Shown here: positions 10,232-18,618 of the stretch, in pieces
How the letters are laid out: every line of letters starts with the position of its first letter
How positions within the stretch are numbered: position 1 is the first letter of the stretch
Program-made: the position numbers and the translations under genes
NCBI GenBank assembly: GCA_964361595.1
Contig: CAYIAX010000005.1
Coordinates: forward strand, 1-53,902
Reading direction: 5' to 3'
From: an uncultured Candidatus Saccharibacteria bacterium
GTDB lineage: Bacteria; Patescibacteriota; Minisyncoccia; UBA6257; 2-01-FULL-56-20
Length of the DNA stretch: 53,902 nt
Notes under the pieces: model-generated
What the model was told of the DNA's origin: nothing
Database searches by the model: none
The model's input: only the letters and a program-made list of their open reading frames with translations

Positions 10232-13200
10232 TTATGCTGCGGATTCCAGCTTCTTCGCTTTTTCGGCGATGAACTTCACTTCGCCGTTGCGGCGGGAGAT
10301 ATGGCCTTCGACCACCACGACGTTATTTTCTTCCCAAACTGGCTGGGTCTTGGCGAGGACGCTGTTAAAGACCACTACTTCCATCGGTTCGGGCGAGAGG
10401 TCTTCAACGGTGGCAAAAAGCATTGCCTGGCCGGTTTTCGTCGTAATTTTCTGCACGCGGGAAATTGAGCCGCAGATGCGGAGCGTTGAAGCTTCGCTTT
10501 TTGTATTCCTCGCCTCGGCAATCGGTTTAGCTTGATAGCGCTTGATGTTATCTGAATGGTTATTCAGGGGATGATCCGAAAGATAAAGTCCCAGCAGTTC
10601 TTTTTCCCAAACTAATTTCTCCTGCGAGGAAGCGGGAGGTGCGGGTTTCAAAGTCAAGACTGGCTGGGTAGCTTCCGCGCCGAAAAGCGAGGCGTGATTA
10701 TTTGGCACAGCGGCTTTCTTTAGCTGGACGTTGAATTTAAGCATTTCTTCCAGGTTCGTGAGGAGCTGATTACGTTCGGCGCCCAATGAATCAAGCGCGC
10801 CGCATTTAACTAAGCTTTCCAATGATTTTTTATTTAGGTCTTTGTGCTGGACGCGGACAAGCAGGTCGTTTATATCGCGGAAAGGACCGCGCAGGGAACG
10901 TTCCTCGATTATATTTTTTGTGATTTCTGCGCCTACATTCTTGATCGCTAACAAACCAAACCTGATCTTAGGGCCCGTCGGCACGAAGTTAATCGAGCTT
11001 TCATTTATATCGGGCGGCAAAACCTCGATTTCCGCCTGCTTGGCTTCGTTGACGAGAAAGGCGATGCGGTCGATATCGGAAAGTTCGGCGTTAAGCAAGC
11101 TCGCCATAAATTCTTCCGTGTAGTGCGCCTTTAGATACGCAGTGCGGTAGCCGATCATAGCGTAGGCGGCGGCATGGCTTTTGTTGAATCCGTAGCGGGC
11201 AAACGGCGGGAAGAGTTCCCAGATCGCCTCCGCGGTTTTCTTCGGGATGTCATTCTTGATCATGCCGTTCGTGAGTTTTTCTTTCTGTTCGTCAAGGAGA
11301 GATTTGATTTTCTTGCCGATCGCCTTGCGCAAGGTGTCGGCCTCGGGGAGGGTATAGCCCGCGAGATCGCGGGCGATCTGCATCATTTGTTCCTGGTAGA
11401 CGCCGATGCCGTAGGTATTCTTTAAGATCGGTTCGAGCCGCGGATGAAGATAGGCGATTTTCTCCTGTCCATGCTTGCGCTTGATAAAAGAAGGGATAAG
11501 TTCCATCGGCCCGGGCCGGTATAAGGAGACGAGTGCGATCAGATCTTCAAGTTCCGTCGGGCGAATTTCTTTCATATACCGGCGCATGCCAGATGACTCA
11601 AATTGGAATACGCCGGTCGTATTCCCCGCGCGTAAAAGCTCAAAAGTTTTCTCGTCGTTCAAGGGCAGTTCGGAAATTTTTATATCTTCGCCGCGAATTT
11701 CTTTGACCAGCCGAACGGTATCTTCGATGATCGTCAGGTTCTTGAGTCCCAGGAGATCGATCTTCAAGAGCCCCAAGTCTTCCACGCTATGCATTTCGAA
11801 TTGCGTGATGATGTTTTGTTTGTCCTGCGGGGCGTACTGTAAAGGCAGATATTCCGTCAAAGGCTCTTCGGTGAAAACCGTGCCGCAGGCGTGCACGGAA
11901 GCATGTCTCGCTACTCCTTCCAAATGCTTGGCGCTGTCAAGCAGGCGTTTCGCGTCGGCATTTTTTTCGTAAAGATCCTGGAGCTCCGGTACGCGCTTTA
12001 AGGAATCGCCGATTTTCAAATTGAAGGGGATAAGCTTGGCAATCTGGTCACAGAAACCATAGGCCAGTCCCATTGCCCGGCCGGCATCGCGCACGGCGGC
12101 GCGCGCAGCCATCGTTCCGAAAGTGATAATTTGGGCTACGTGGTCCTCGCCGTATTTTTCGCGGGCATAGGCCAGAACCTCGTCACGGCGGGTGTCCGCA
12201 AAATCAATGTCGATATCAGGCATTTGGATGCGTTCGGGATTCAAAAACCGCTCGAAGAGTAAGCCGTATGCCAAGGGGTTAATATCCGTAATGCCCAATA
12301 TATAGGAAACAATGCTGCCCGCAGCCGAACCGCGGCCAGGCCCCACGGCAATACCGTGATCTTTAGCCCAGTTCGTCAGGTCCTGCACGATTAAAAAGTA
12401 ATCGGCAAAGCCGGTTTTTGCGATCACATCCAATTCGTATTCCAGGCGGTTTTTAACGTCTTCGGTTTGGGCTTCGGGCGGAAATCTTTGCGGCAATCTT
12501 TCTTCAATAATTTTCCGCAAGTACATATCCGGCGTGAATCCCGGCGGTTTGGCGAAATGGGGGAGATGGGTTTTACCCAGGGCAAGCGTAACGTTGCAGC
12601 GCTCGGCAATTTTTACGGTATTCTCGACCGCGTGGGGTATATCCTTGAACTTTTCCGCCATTTGTTCGGGTGAAGTCATGGAAAAATCGTCGGACTTAAG
12701 CGTGAGCCTGTCGTCATCCGAAAGCCGGCTGCCGGTCTGCACGGCCAGAAGAATATCGTGGTACTCCGAATCCTCCGGCATTACATAGTGGATATCCTGC
12801 GTGGCGACGAGCGGCAAGCCGGTAGCTTTCGCTAATTCGATGATAGCTTGTTTCAGTTCTTCGGCTTTGGGCAGGTTCGGATGATCACCGATTTCAAGAT
12901 AAAAATTATCCGGCCCCAAAATTTCCGAATATTCCGCCGCGATCTTTTTCGCTTCTTCAAACCGGCCGTTTAAAAGCGCCTGGTTCACTTCGCCGCCCAT
13001 GCAGGCGGAGAGTCCGATCAAACCTTCGCGGTACCCGCGCAAAATTTCCTTGTCGATGCGTGGCTTATAATAGAAGCCTTCAAGATGGGCCTTGGTAACA
13101 AGCTTGATCAGATTTTTCCAGCCAGTTTCGTTCCGGGCGAGAAGAACGAGATGGTAATAGCGCTCACTGCCTTCTTTACTGAAGCGATCGCGCGGGGCCA

Positions 13201-13408
13201 CGTACGTTTCCACGCCCAAAATCGGCTTCAATCCGGCTTTTGTGGCTTTCTTATAGAACTCTACTGCGGCATAAAGAGTGCCGTGATCGGTTACAGCTAA
13301 AGCGTCCATGCCTAGCTCCTTGGCGCGGGCGACAAGGTCATCTATTTTGGCGAGCCCGTCCAAGAGGGAGTAATGACTATGCGTATGAAGGTGAACGAAT
13401 TTACCCAT
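10232..13408 (-). CDS. dnaE: DNA polymerase III alpha subunit
   Basis: PHP HLHTHSHYSLLDG, GRGSAAGS, MPDIDIDF, YGFNKSH; start set at ATG 13408 because the longer ORF runs into a tRNA. Confidence 0.97.
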   Translation of the reverse strand: MGKFVHLHTHSHYSLLDGLAKIDDLVARAKELGMDALAVTDHGTLYAAVEFYKKATKAGLKPILGVETYVAPRDRFSKEGSERYYHLVLLARNETGWKNLIKLVTKAHLEGFYYKPRIDKEILRGYREGLIGLSACMGGEVNQALLNGRFEEAKKIAAEYSEILGPDNFYLEIGDHPNLPKAEELKQAIIELAKATGLPLVATQDIHYVMPEDSEYHDILLAVQTGSRLSDDDRLTLKSDDFSMTSPEQMAEKFKDIPHAVENTVKIAERCNVTLALGKTHLPHFAKPPGFTPDMYLRKIIEERLPQRFPPEAQTEDVKNRLEYELDVIAKTGFADYFLIVQDLTNWAKDHGIAVGPGRGSAAGSIVSYILGITDINPLAYGLLFERFLNPERIQMPDIDIDFADTRRDEVLAYAREKYGEDHVAQIITFGTMAARAAVRDAGRAMGLAYGFCDQIAKLIPFNLKIGDSLKRVPELQDLYEKNADAKRLLDSAKHLEGVARHASVHACGTVFTEEPLTEYLPLQYAPQDKQNIITQFEMHSVEDLGLLKIDLLGLKNLTIIEDTVRLVKEIRGEDIKISELPLNDEKTFELLRAGNTTGVFQFESSGMRRYMKEIRPTELEDLIALVSLYRPGPMELIPSFIKRKHGQEKIAYLHPRLEPILKNTYGIGVYQEQMMQIARDLAGYTLPEADTLRKAIGKKIKSLLDEQKEKLTNGMIKNDIPKKTAEAIWELFPPFARYGFNKSHAAAYAMIGYRTAYLKAHYTEEFMASLLNAELSDIDRIAFLVNEAKQAEIEVLPPDINESSINFVPTGPKIRFGLLAIKNVGAEITKNIIEERSLRGPFRDINDLLVRVQHKDLNKKSLESLVKCGALDSLGAERNQLLTNLEEMLKFNVQLKKAAVPNNHASLFGAEATQPVLTLKPAPPASSQEKLVWEKELLGLYLSDHPLNNHSDNIKRYQAKPIAEARNTKSEASTLRICGSISRVQKITTKTGQAMLFATVEDLSPEPMEVVVFNSVLAKTQPVWEENNVVVVEGHISRRNGEVKFIAEKAKKLESAA

Positions 13409-13417
13409 TTTTTTGTG

Positions 13418-13489
13418 AGCCGGAGAGAGGAGTCGAACCCCCAACCTTCGCTTTACAAAAGCGCTGCTCTGCCATTGAGCTACTCCGGC
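13418..13489 (-). tRNA. tRNA-Thr(TGT)
   Basis: GCCGGAG/CTCCGGC acceptor stem, TAGCTCA D-arm, loop TTTGTAA, GGTTCGACTCC T-arm. Confidence 0.92.
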
Positions 13490-13722
13490 AAGTATTACTT
13501 ACGCCCTGTCTCCGCCAGTTGGCGGAGAACCACTCCGGCGACTTACACTTTTACTTAGACTACTGATTTATCCGAAAGCCCCGACACGCAAGTTATTTTA
13601 ATCCAAATCCTCTCTAAATTTCAACTGCCTTGAATGAGCACTTAACTTTAGTGGAAATACACTACCAAACATTGTATAATGCCTGATAGTTCGGGGAGAT
13701 AAAAAGCAAAGCAGAAGAATTT

Positions 13723-14316
13723 ATGGCCAACAGAAAGCAACTTGCCGAAAAAATTTTGCGGGAGCTTTATGTCGATAAATCTATGCAAGAAATGGCTGAT
13801 TTGCTGCATTGCTCTCTGCATAAAATTGCTTATTGGATGGGCAAGTACAATATCCCGATACGCTCCCGTAGCGAAACGATGTATAAAAAGCACAATCCCG
13901 GTGGCGATCCTTTTGTTTTCGTTGCGCCAAAAAATCTTGAAGAAGCCAAGTTGTTCGGTCTTGGCTTGGGGTTATATTGGGGCGAAGGGACAAAAGCGAA
14001 CCTGAATTCCATCCGGCTGGGGAACACCGATCCGAAATTGATTAAAAAATTCAGCGAGTTTCTAGTTAAATTTTTCGGTATCGACAAAAACGATTTGCGG
14101 TTCGGGTTGCAAATCTTCAGCGATCTGGACGCAAATGCAGCTCTGGACTTTTGGCTTGCGGCGCTTAAAATAAGGAAAGCCCAAGTAGGCAAGGTGATCG
14201 TGACCAAGTCGGGTTCTTTAGGAACCTACCGCAAGAAAAGCCCTTATGGCGTTATGACGGTCATGTACCACAATGTAAAATTGCGCAAACTGCTTGGGGC
14301 AATGCTGCCGATGTAG
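13723..14316 (+). CDS. HTH + LAGLIDADG-like putative homing endonuclease; stop codon lies inside the tRNA-Thr(GGT) 5' end
   Basis: N-terminal HTH-like segment (SMQEMADLLHCS..IAYWMGKYNIPIR); LGLGLYWGEG helix followed by IRLGNTDPKLIKKF. Confidence 0.6.
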   Translation: MANRKQLAEKILRELYVDKSMQEMADLLHCSLHKIAYWMGKYNIPIRSRSETMYKKHNPGGDPFVFVAPKNLEEAKLFGLGLGLYWGEGTKANLNSIRLGNTDPKLIKKFSEFLVKFFGIDKNDLRFGLQIFSDLDANAALDFWLAALKIRKAQVGKVIVTKSGSLGTYRKKSPYGVMTVMYHNVKLRKLLGAMLPM

Positions 14317-14342
14317 CTCAGCTGGTAGAGCAACTCCATGGT

Positions 14343-14547
14343 AGAAAAACCTGCCTGTCCGGAAGGAAACTTTCGGATATAACCCGAATGACGGTTAAAC
14401 TCCCGCAGGGGACAAGACCGTTCCGCCCTCGGATAAAACTAAGGCGGACGAACGACTGACAAGGGGAGCTAAGTCTTAAGATATGCTCAAGATACAGTCT
14501 AATCCTCGTATAATTCGCCAGCTGGCGAAGAAATCGAGGTGTAAATG
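14343..14547 (+). ncRNA. Group I intron in tRNA-Thr(GGT) at position 36/37 (205 nt)
   Basis: 5' exon ends in U and intron ends in G; possible P1 GGU|AG:CUGCC with U.G; P7-like GACTG/CAGTC within ACGACTGAC and AAGATACAGTCT. Confidence 0.85.
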
Positions 14548-14569
14548 AAGGAGTAGGTCGCCGGTTCAA

Positions 14570-14706
14570 ATCCGGCCTGAGGCTCACAAAATTTTATGGC
14601 CGGATTTGAACGGGAAAGTGGGTCGGCGAAACGGTGGTTTCGCCGTGATGGAAGCATTGAAACCGAGCGGTTTCAATGCGCAGTCGCTTGCGACGAGCAG
14701 TGAAAT
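14570..14706 (+). other. Second, unclassified 137-nt structured insertion in the tRNA-Thr T-arm
   Basis: Bounded by direct repeat ATCCGGCC (14570, 14707); proximal 3' acceptor strand CTGAGGC mismatches, distal CATCGGC is perfect. Confidence 0.75.
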
Positions 14707-14938
14707 ATCCGGCCATCGGCTCAAAAAAATTTAAATAAGAAAAAGAGTGATAGACCTCACGACAGGTGGATTTCCCGCTACGTTTGGGCGGAGCTGCCCC
14801 GCTGATAGATTAGCGGCGTTTGCGGACGCCGCTTTTATTTTCTCAAAATGAGAAAATATCCTGAGCCTATCGAAGGATTCCCATGCCCTCGGATGCACCC
14901 TTCACAAATTCCGGCTTTTGGGTTAAAGTAGTCCCCGT

Positions 14939-15118
14939 ATGGCCAAGGTTAAATACGCGGACAATTTAATCGGCTTGAAATGCTCCGTTTGCAACCGGCG
15001 GAATTATTACGTTCACAAGAACAAGAAAAAGGTGGAACGGAAGCTGCAGTTCAAAAAGTTCTGCGCCTGGTGTAGGAAACATATAGAGCACAAAGAAGTA
15101 AAAATTACCGGCAAATAG
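14939..15118 (+). CDS. rpmG: 50S ribosomal protein L33 (Zn-binding type; not in ORF track)
   Basis: Manual translation MAKVKYADNLIGLKCSVCNRRNY...KLQFKKFCAWCRKHIEHKE. Confidence 0.93.
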   Translation: MAKVKYADNLIGLKCSVCNRRNYYVHKNKKKVERKLQFKKFCAWCRKHIEHKEVKITGK

Positions 15119-15207
15119 CCAATAGCTAATAGCCAATAGCAAATAGCTTATGGCAAATAGTAAAACATAGCCATATGTTTTAAGCTATAGGCCATAAGCT
15201 AATTTTT

Positions 15208-15278
15208 GGGGGCATCGTTCAGTGGCAGGACTTCGGTCTCCAAAACCGAAAACCTGGGTTCGATTCCTAGTGCCCCCG
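15208..15278 (+). tRNA. tRNA-Trp(CCA)
   Basis: GGGGGCA/TGCCCCC acceptor, TCGGT-CTCCAAA-ACCGA anticodon arm, GGTTCGATTCC. Confidence 0.93.
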
Positions 15279-15302
15279 CTAGCGTGTAAGGATTGTTCCA
15301 TA

Positions 15303-16235
15303 ATGTACAAACCATCCAAGCCTTATAAGCAGAAAATTGTCAACGAAATTAAAAAAACATGGCGGACACCATACGTTTCCGTATCTTTTAATACTTACCC
15401 GATAATTAAGAAAAAGTTTTCTTATCCGGAAGTTGATCATACCGACGGCATTGGGACTAAGGGTTTTTACCACTGGCAACAAGGAACGCTGAAGGCGGCG
15501 GTTATTGACGCGCTCGCCATGAATTTAAATGACCTGGCTTTAGTCCGGGCAATTCCTTATAAATTATCGAACCACATCACAGTGCCGGTTGAAGACGCGA
15601 GGATTCTTAGGATTGTAAAAGTTCTTACAAGCGAGTGCAGAAAGCGCAAAATTGCCATCGTCGGGGGCGAGAACTCCTTTCATGACAATGCAGACGGTTT
15701 AGACATCAGCATGACGGTATCCGGTTTCGTAAAAAAGCCGATGCGTAACAGATTTCGAGTCGGCGATGTTCTCGTGGGACTCAAAAGTTCTGGTCTGCAT
15801 TCGAATGGAATAACAAAAGTGCGAAAAATTTTCAGAAAAGAATACAGAAAAGAGTTTACAGTTCCAACCAGAATTTATTTTGATAATATCATCCCGCTTC
15901 TAAATGAGCATAAAATTCACGGCATGATGCACATAACCGGCGGAGCGTTTACCAAACTTAAGGATGTTTTAAGCAGAGCCGACGCGGTAATTTTTCAGCC
16001 GAAGCAGTTACAGCCACAAAAAATATTTCAGGAAATCTACCAGAAGGGCGTTTCCAGCCAAGAGATGTATTCCACTTTTAACTGCGGTATCGGCTTCGTG
16101 CTTTCTGTTGATAAAAAAGACGCCGCTTCAATTATTTCAAAAGTAAGGAATGCCGCTGTCATCGGAGAAGTGGCGAGCGGAGCCGGATTAGTAAAAATCC
16201 AATCGGCGTTTAATGGCAAAATCGTACAATTTTAG
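15303..16235 (+). CDS. PurM-like (AIR synthase family) protein, copy 1
   Basis: TDGIGTK, AMNLND, GGE, SSGLHSNG, HITGG, TFNCGIG. Confidence 0.85.
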   Translation: MYKPSKPYKQKIVNEIKKTWRTPYVSVSFNTYPIIKKKFSYPEVDHTDGIGTKGFYHWQQGTLKAAVIDALAMNLNDLALVRAIPYKLSNHITVPVEDARILRIVKVLTSECRKRKIAIVGGENSFHDNADGLDISMTVSGFVKKPMRNRFRVGDVLVGLKSSGLHSNGITKVRKIFRKEYRKEFTVPTRIYFDNIIPLLNEHKIHGMMHITGGAFTKLKDVLSRADAVIFQPKQLQPQKIFQEIYQKGVSSQEMYSTFNCGIGFVLSVDKKDAASIISKVRNAAVIGEVASGAGLVKIQSAFNGKIVQF

Positions 16236-16328
16236 AGCAGGCAATAACCCTCGCGGCCGTTCAGCTTACACAAATAGTTTGATTTCCGAAAAATTGAAAA
16301 CGGCTGCAAAATCAGGTAAGTTTTATGC

Positions 16329-17015
16329 ATGGTCTCGGTTCCGGCTTCAACCACTCTCGCAAAGTTCCAGCGGGCAATCAAGGACATCTACGGCTTACCT
16401 GACGACAGGCTTTTTTCGTTGTCGGATTTAGTCTCGAACCAAGAACGGTTCACGATGCGGGCCTTGAAGGGCATTCGCAAAGGGGACGAGGAAAAACTTG
16501 AGTTAAATCTTTTAATCGCCTTTTCATGGTTAATGGCTTTGGCCAACCGTTTGCATATCGAAGTCGAAGATTCGGTTTGGCGCAGATTCCCGCGTTTGTG
16601 CTCGTATTGCGGCGAGCGGCCGTGCGCGTGCAAGAAAACAAAGCCGGCAAGCAGAATTCAGATTGTGCGCAAGCCTTCGGAGCGGCCGAAGTCGCTTCAG
16701 GAGTTCCAGGTGATGTTCGCGGAAATTTATCCGCCTGCTTCCCGCACGCTTCCGGATGTCGGTGTGCATTTGGCCGAAGAAATGGGGGAATTGTCCGAGG
16801 CCGTGCATTATTTTCAGGGGGAGCACAAGTCGAAACAGTTCGAAGCGCTTGAAGATGAACTGGCCGATTATGTCTCCTGCGTGTTCGGCGTGGCGAATTC
16901 CGCCAAAATTCCTATGGCGGAGAAGCTGGCGAAAATGTTTGCCAATAACTGCCACGTCTGCCACGAAGCGCCCTGCGTCTGCAGTTTTTCTTCGGTGGCG
17001 CAGTTTAGTTCATGA
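16329..17015 (+). CDS. Tandem MazG-like NTP pyrophosphohydrolase with Cys clusters
   Basis: HLAEEMGELSEA..EDELAD; two CxxC...PCxC motifs. Confidence 0.75.
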   Translation: MVSVPASTTLAKFQRAIKDIYGLPDDRLFSLSDLVSNQERFTMRALKGIRKGDEEKLELNLLIAFSWLMALANRLHIEVEDSVWRRFPRLCSYCGERPCACKKTKPASRIQIVRKPSERPKSLQEFQVMFAEIYPPASRTLPDVGVHLAEEMGELSEAVHYFQGEHKSKQFEALEDELADYVSCVFGVANSAKIPMAEKLAKMFANNCHVCHEAPCVCSFSSVAQFSS

Positions 17016-17129
17016 ATTTACCCTTAGTCTTATGGTCTTATTCGTACGAATGGTTCCATAAGAAAAATCAGGCTAAAACAGAGCTTATTTTAAAGTTGAC
17101 GAAATCCGAAGCCTAAGTTAATATGTAGG

Positions 17130-17190
17130 CACGTTCCCGAGACGGCCGGGGGCCGAGAAATCGGCTTAATAATCCCGCCCAGGACGGCTT
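17130..17190 (+). promoter_or_regulatory. L10 leader (rplJL autoregulatory RNA)
   Basis: CCGAGACGGCCGGG..TTAATAATCCCGCCCAGG upstream of rplJ resembles the L10-leader consensus. Confidence 0.6.
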
Positions 17191-17368
17191 CGATATGTTT
17201 ATCGAGGCCACTGTCCCGCGGAAACGCGGGAATTTTATTTGGAACGGCACCCGCCTTCGTCTGCGGACTATGGCGAGTAAAAAGGTCGAGTGGTAGAGGT
17301 AGTCCCTCTCCTTAAAATGGATCGGGACATAAGAGTTCCGAAACTCATACCTCGTTACGGCAACTCTA

Positions 17369-17881
17369 ATGAAAACTAAACAGCAAAAAGCAGAGGAGCT
17401 AAAGGAAGGCGAAGCGCTTTTAAACAAAAGCGAAGCCGTTCTCTTTTTCGATTTCTCCAAAGTGAAGACTTCCGATCTTCGGAATCTTCGCCGGGAGCTT
17501 AAGGCTAGCGGTAATCCGCTCTTTATCATTAAGAGGCGGCTCTTAGCCTTGCTTTTGAAGAAACAGAACGAAGAACTTGAAGCTCTGCCTAAGGCTTCCA
17601 TCGCGACGGTGTTTGTTTCAAACATCGAATCGGCTGCGGCCTCGGTCTACAAATTCTTCAGCGCGCTGGAGAAAGAAAAGAAAGTGGAGGCAGGAAAGAT
17701 TCTTGGCGGTTATGACGCGAAAGCGAAAATCATGATCCCTAAAGAGCGGGTAATGATGATCGGCCAATTGCCTCCGCGCGAAATTTTACTTGCCCAGCTT
17801 TTGGGGATGATTGCGGCGCCCATCCGTTCGTTCCTGTATGTGTTGAGTGAAAAGTCAAAGCAAGCAGTAGTACCAAGTTAA
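17369..17881 (+). CDS. rplJ: 50S ribosomal protein L10
   Basis: LRRELK, IIKRRLL, LPPREILLAQLLGMI.API; precedes rplL. Confidence 0.92.
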   Translation: MKTKQQKAEELKEGEALLNKSEAVLFFDFSKVKTSDLRNLRRELKASGNPLFIIKRRLLALLLKKQNEELEALPKASIATVFVSNIESAAASVYKFFSALEKEKKVEAGKILGGYDAKAKIMIPKERVMMIGQLPPREILLAQLLGMIAAPIRSFLYVLSEKSKQAVVPS

Positions 17882-18020
17882 GCACGCTCATCTCCTCGTA
17901 CTCATTCGCTCATTCGCGCGAATGAGCGAATGAGAGCAAATAAGAACAAGGTCGAAGACTTATTCTAATGTTCTCAAGAACATTAGAATAAGAAATTGTG
18001 AAAACAAAACTAAAAACAAA

Positions 18021-18386
18021 ATGTCAGAAAAACACGCAGATTTAATCTCAAAAATCGAATCGCTCACGGCGATTGAGCTCGCCGAGCTAGTCAAAGCGCT
18101 CGAAGAAAAATTCGGCATCTCTGCGGCTGCTCCGGTTGCGGTTGCCGGCGCTGCAGCTGCTCCGGCCGAGGAGAAAACCAGCTTCAATGTGTTTCTCAAA
18201 TCTGGCGGCGAACAAAAGATCAACGTGATCAAAGTCATCCGCGAAGCCACTGGACTTGGACTCAAGGAATCCAAAGATTTAGTGGAAGGCGCTCCGAAGA
18301 TGGTAAAGGAAGGATTGAAGAAAGAAGAAGCGGAAGAATTAAAAAAGAAGTTCGAGGCTGCGGGCGCAACTGTCGAGATACAGTAG
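18021..18386 (+). CDS. rplL: 50S ribosomal protein L7/L12
   Basis: [30 protein letters not shown]. Confidence 0.98.
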   Translation: MSEKHADLISKIESLTAIELAELVKALEEKFGISAAAPVAVAGAAAAPAEEKTSFNVFLKSGGEQKINVIKVIREATGLGLKESKDLVEGAPKMVKEGLKKEEAEELKKKFEAAGATVEIQ

Positions 18387-18618
18387 GCGGCTCCGACCTC
18401 CTTGCGACGATTGAGGTGCAAATACTTTTAGAGGAGGAACGCCGACCCCATAGGTCGGCGTTTGGTTTTGACGGTTTAGATAAGTTTAAGTTATCGAAGA
18501 AGCGCGTGGTAGTTAGCGCGAATATGCGAATAGTTGCGTATTGAATAAGAAGGTAAGAAGTGTATGAACCCTGTGGATAACTTAATTGACAGTTGTTCGG
18601 GGGGGGTAAATTATAAAC

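Larger units (their letters stand above)
14307..14721 (+). tRNA. tRNA-Thr(GGT), interrupted; exons 14307-14342, 14548-14569, 14707-14721
   Basis: Joined exons give a full cloverleaf: GCCGATG/CATCGGC acceptor, ACTCC-ATGGTAA-GGAGT anticodon arm, GCCGG-TTCAAAT-CCGGC T-arm. Confidence 0.85.

Noticed and set aside
13409-13444. N-terminal extension of DnaE in the ORF track
   Set aside because: Overlaps tRNA-Thr(TGT); the PHP domain starts at ATG 13408.
15222-15302. N-terminal extension of the PurM-like ORF
   Set aside because: Lies in tRNA-Trp; the paralogue aligns from ATG 15303.
17296-17353. Hammerhead ribozyme
   Set aside because: Three-way junction lacks the CUGANGA catalytic core.
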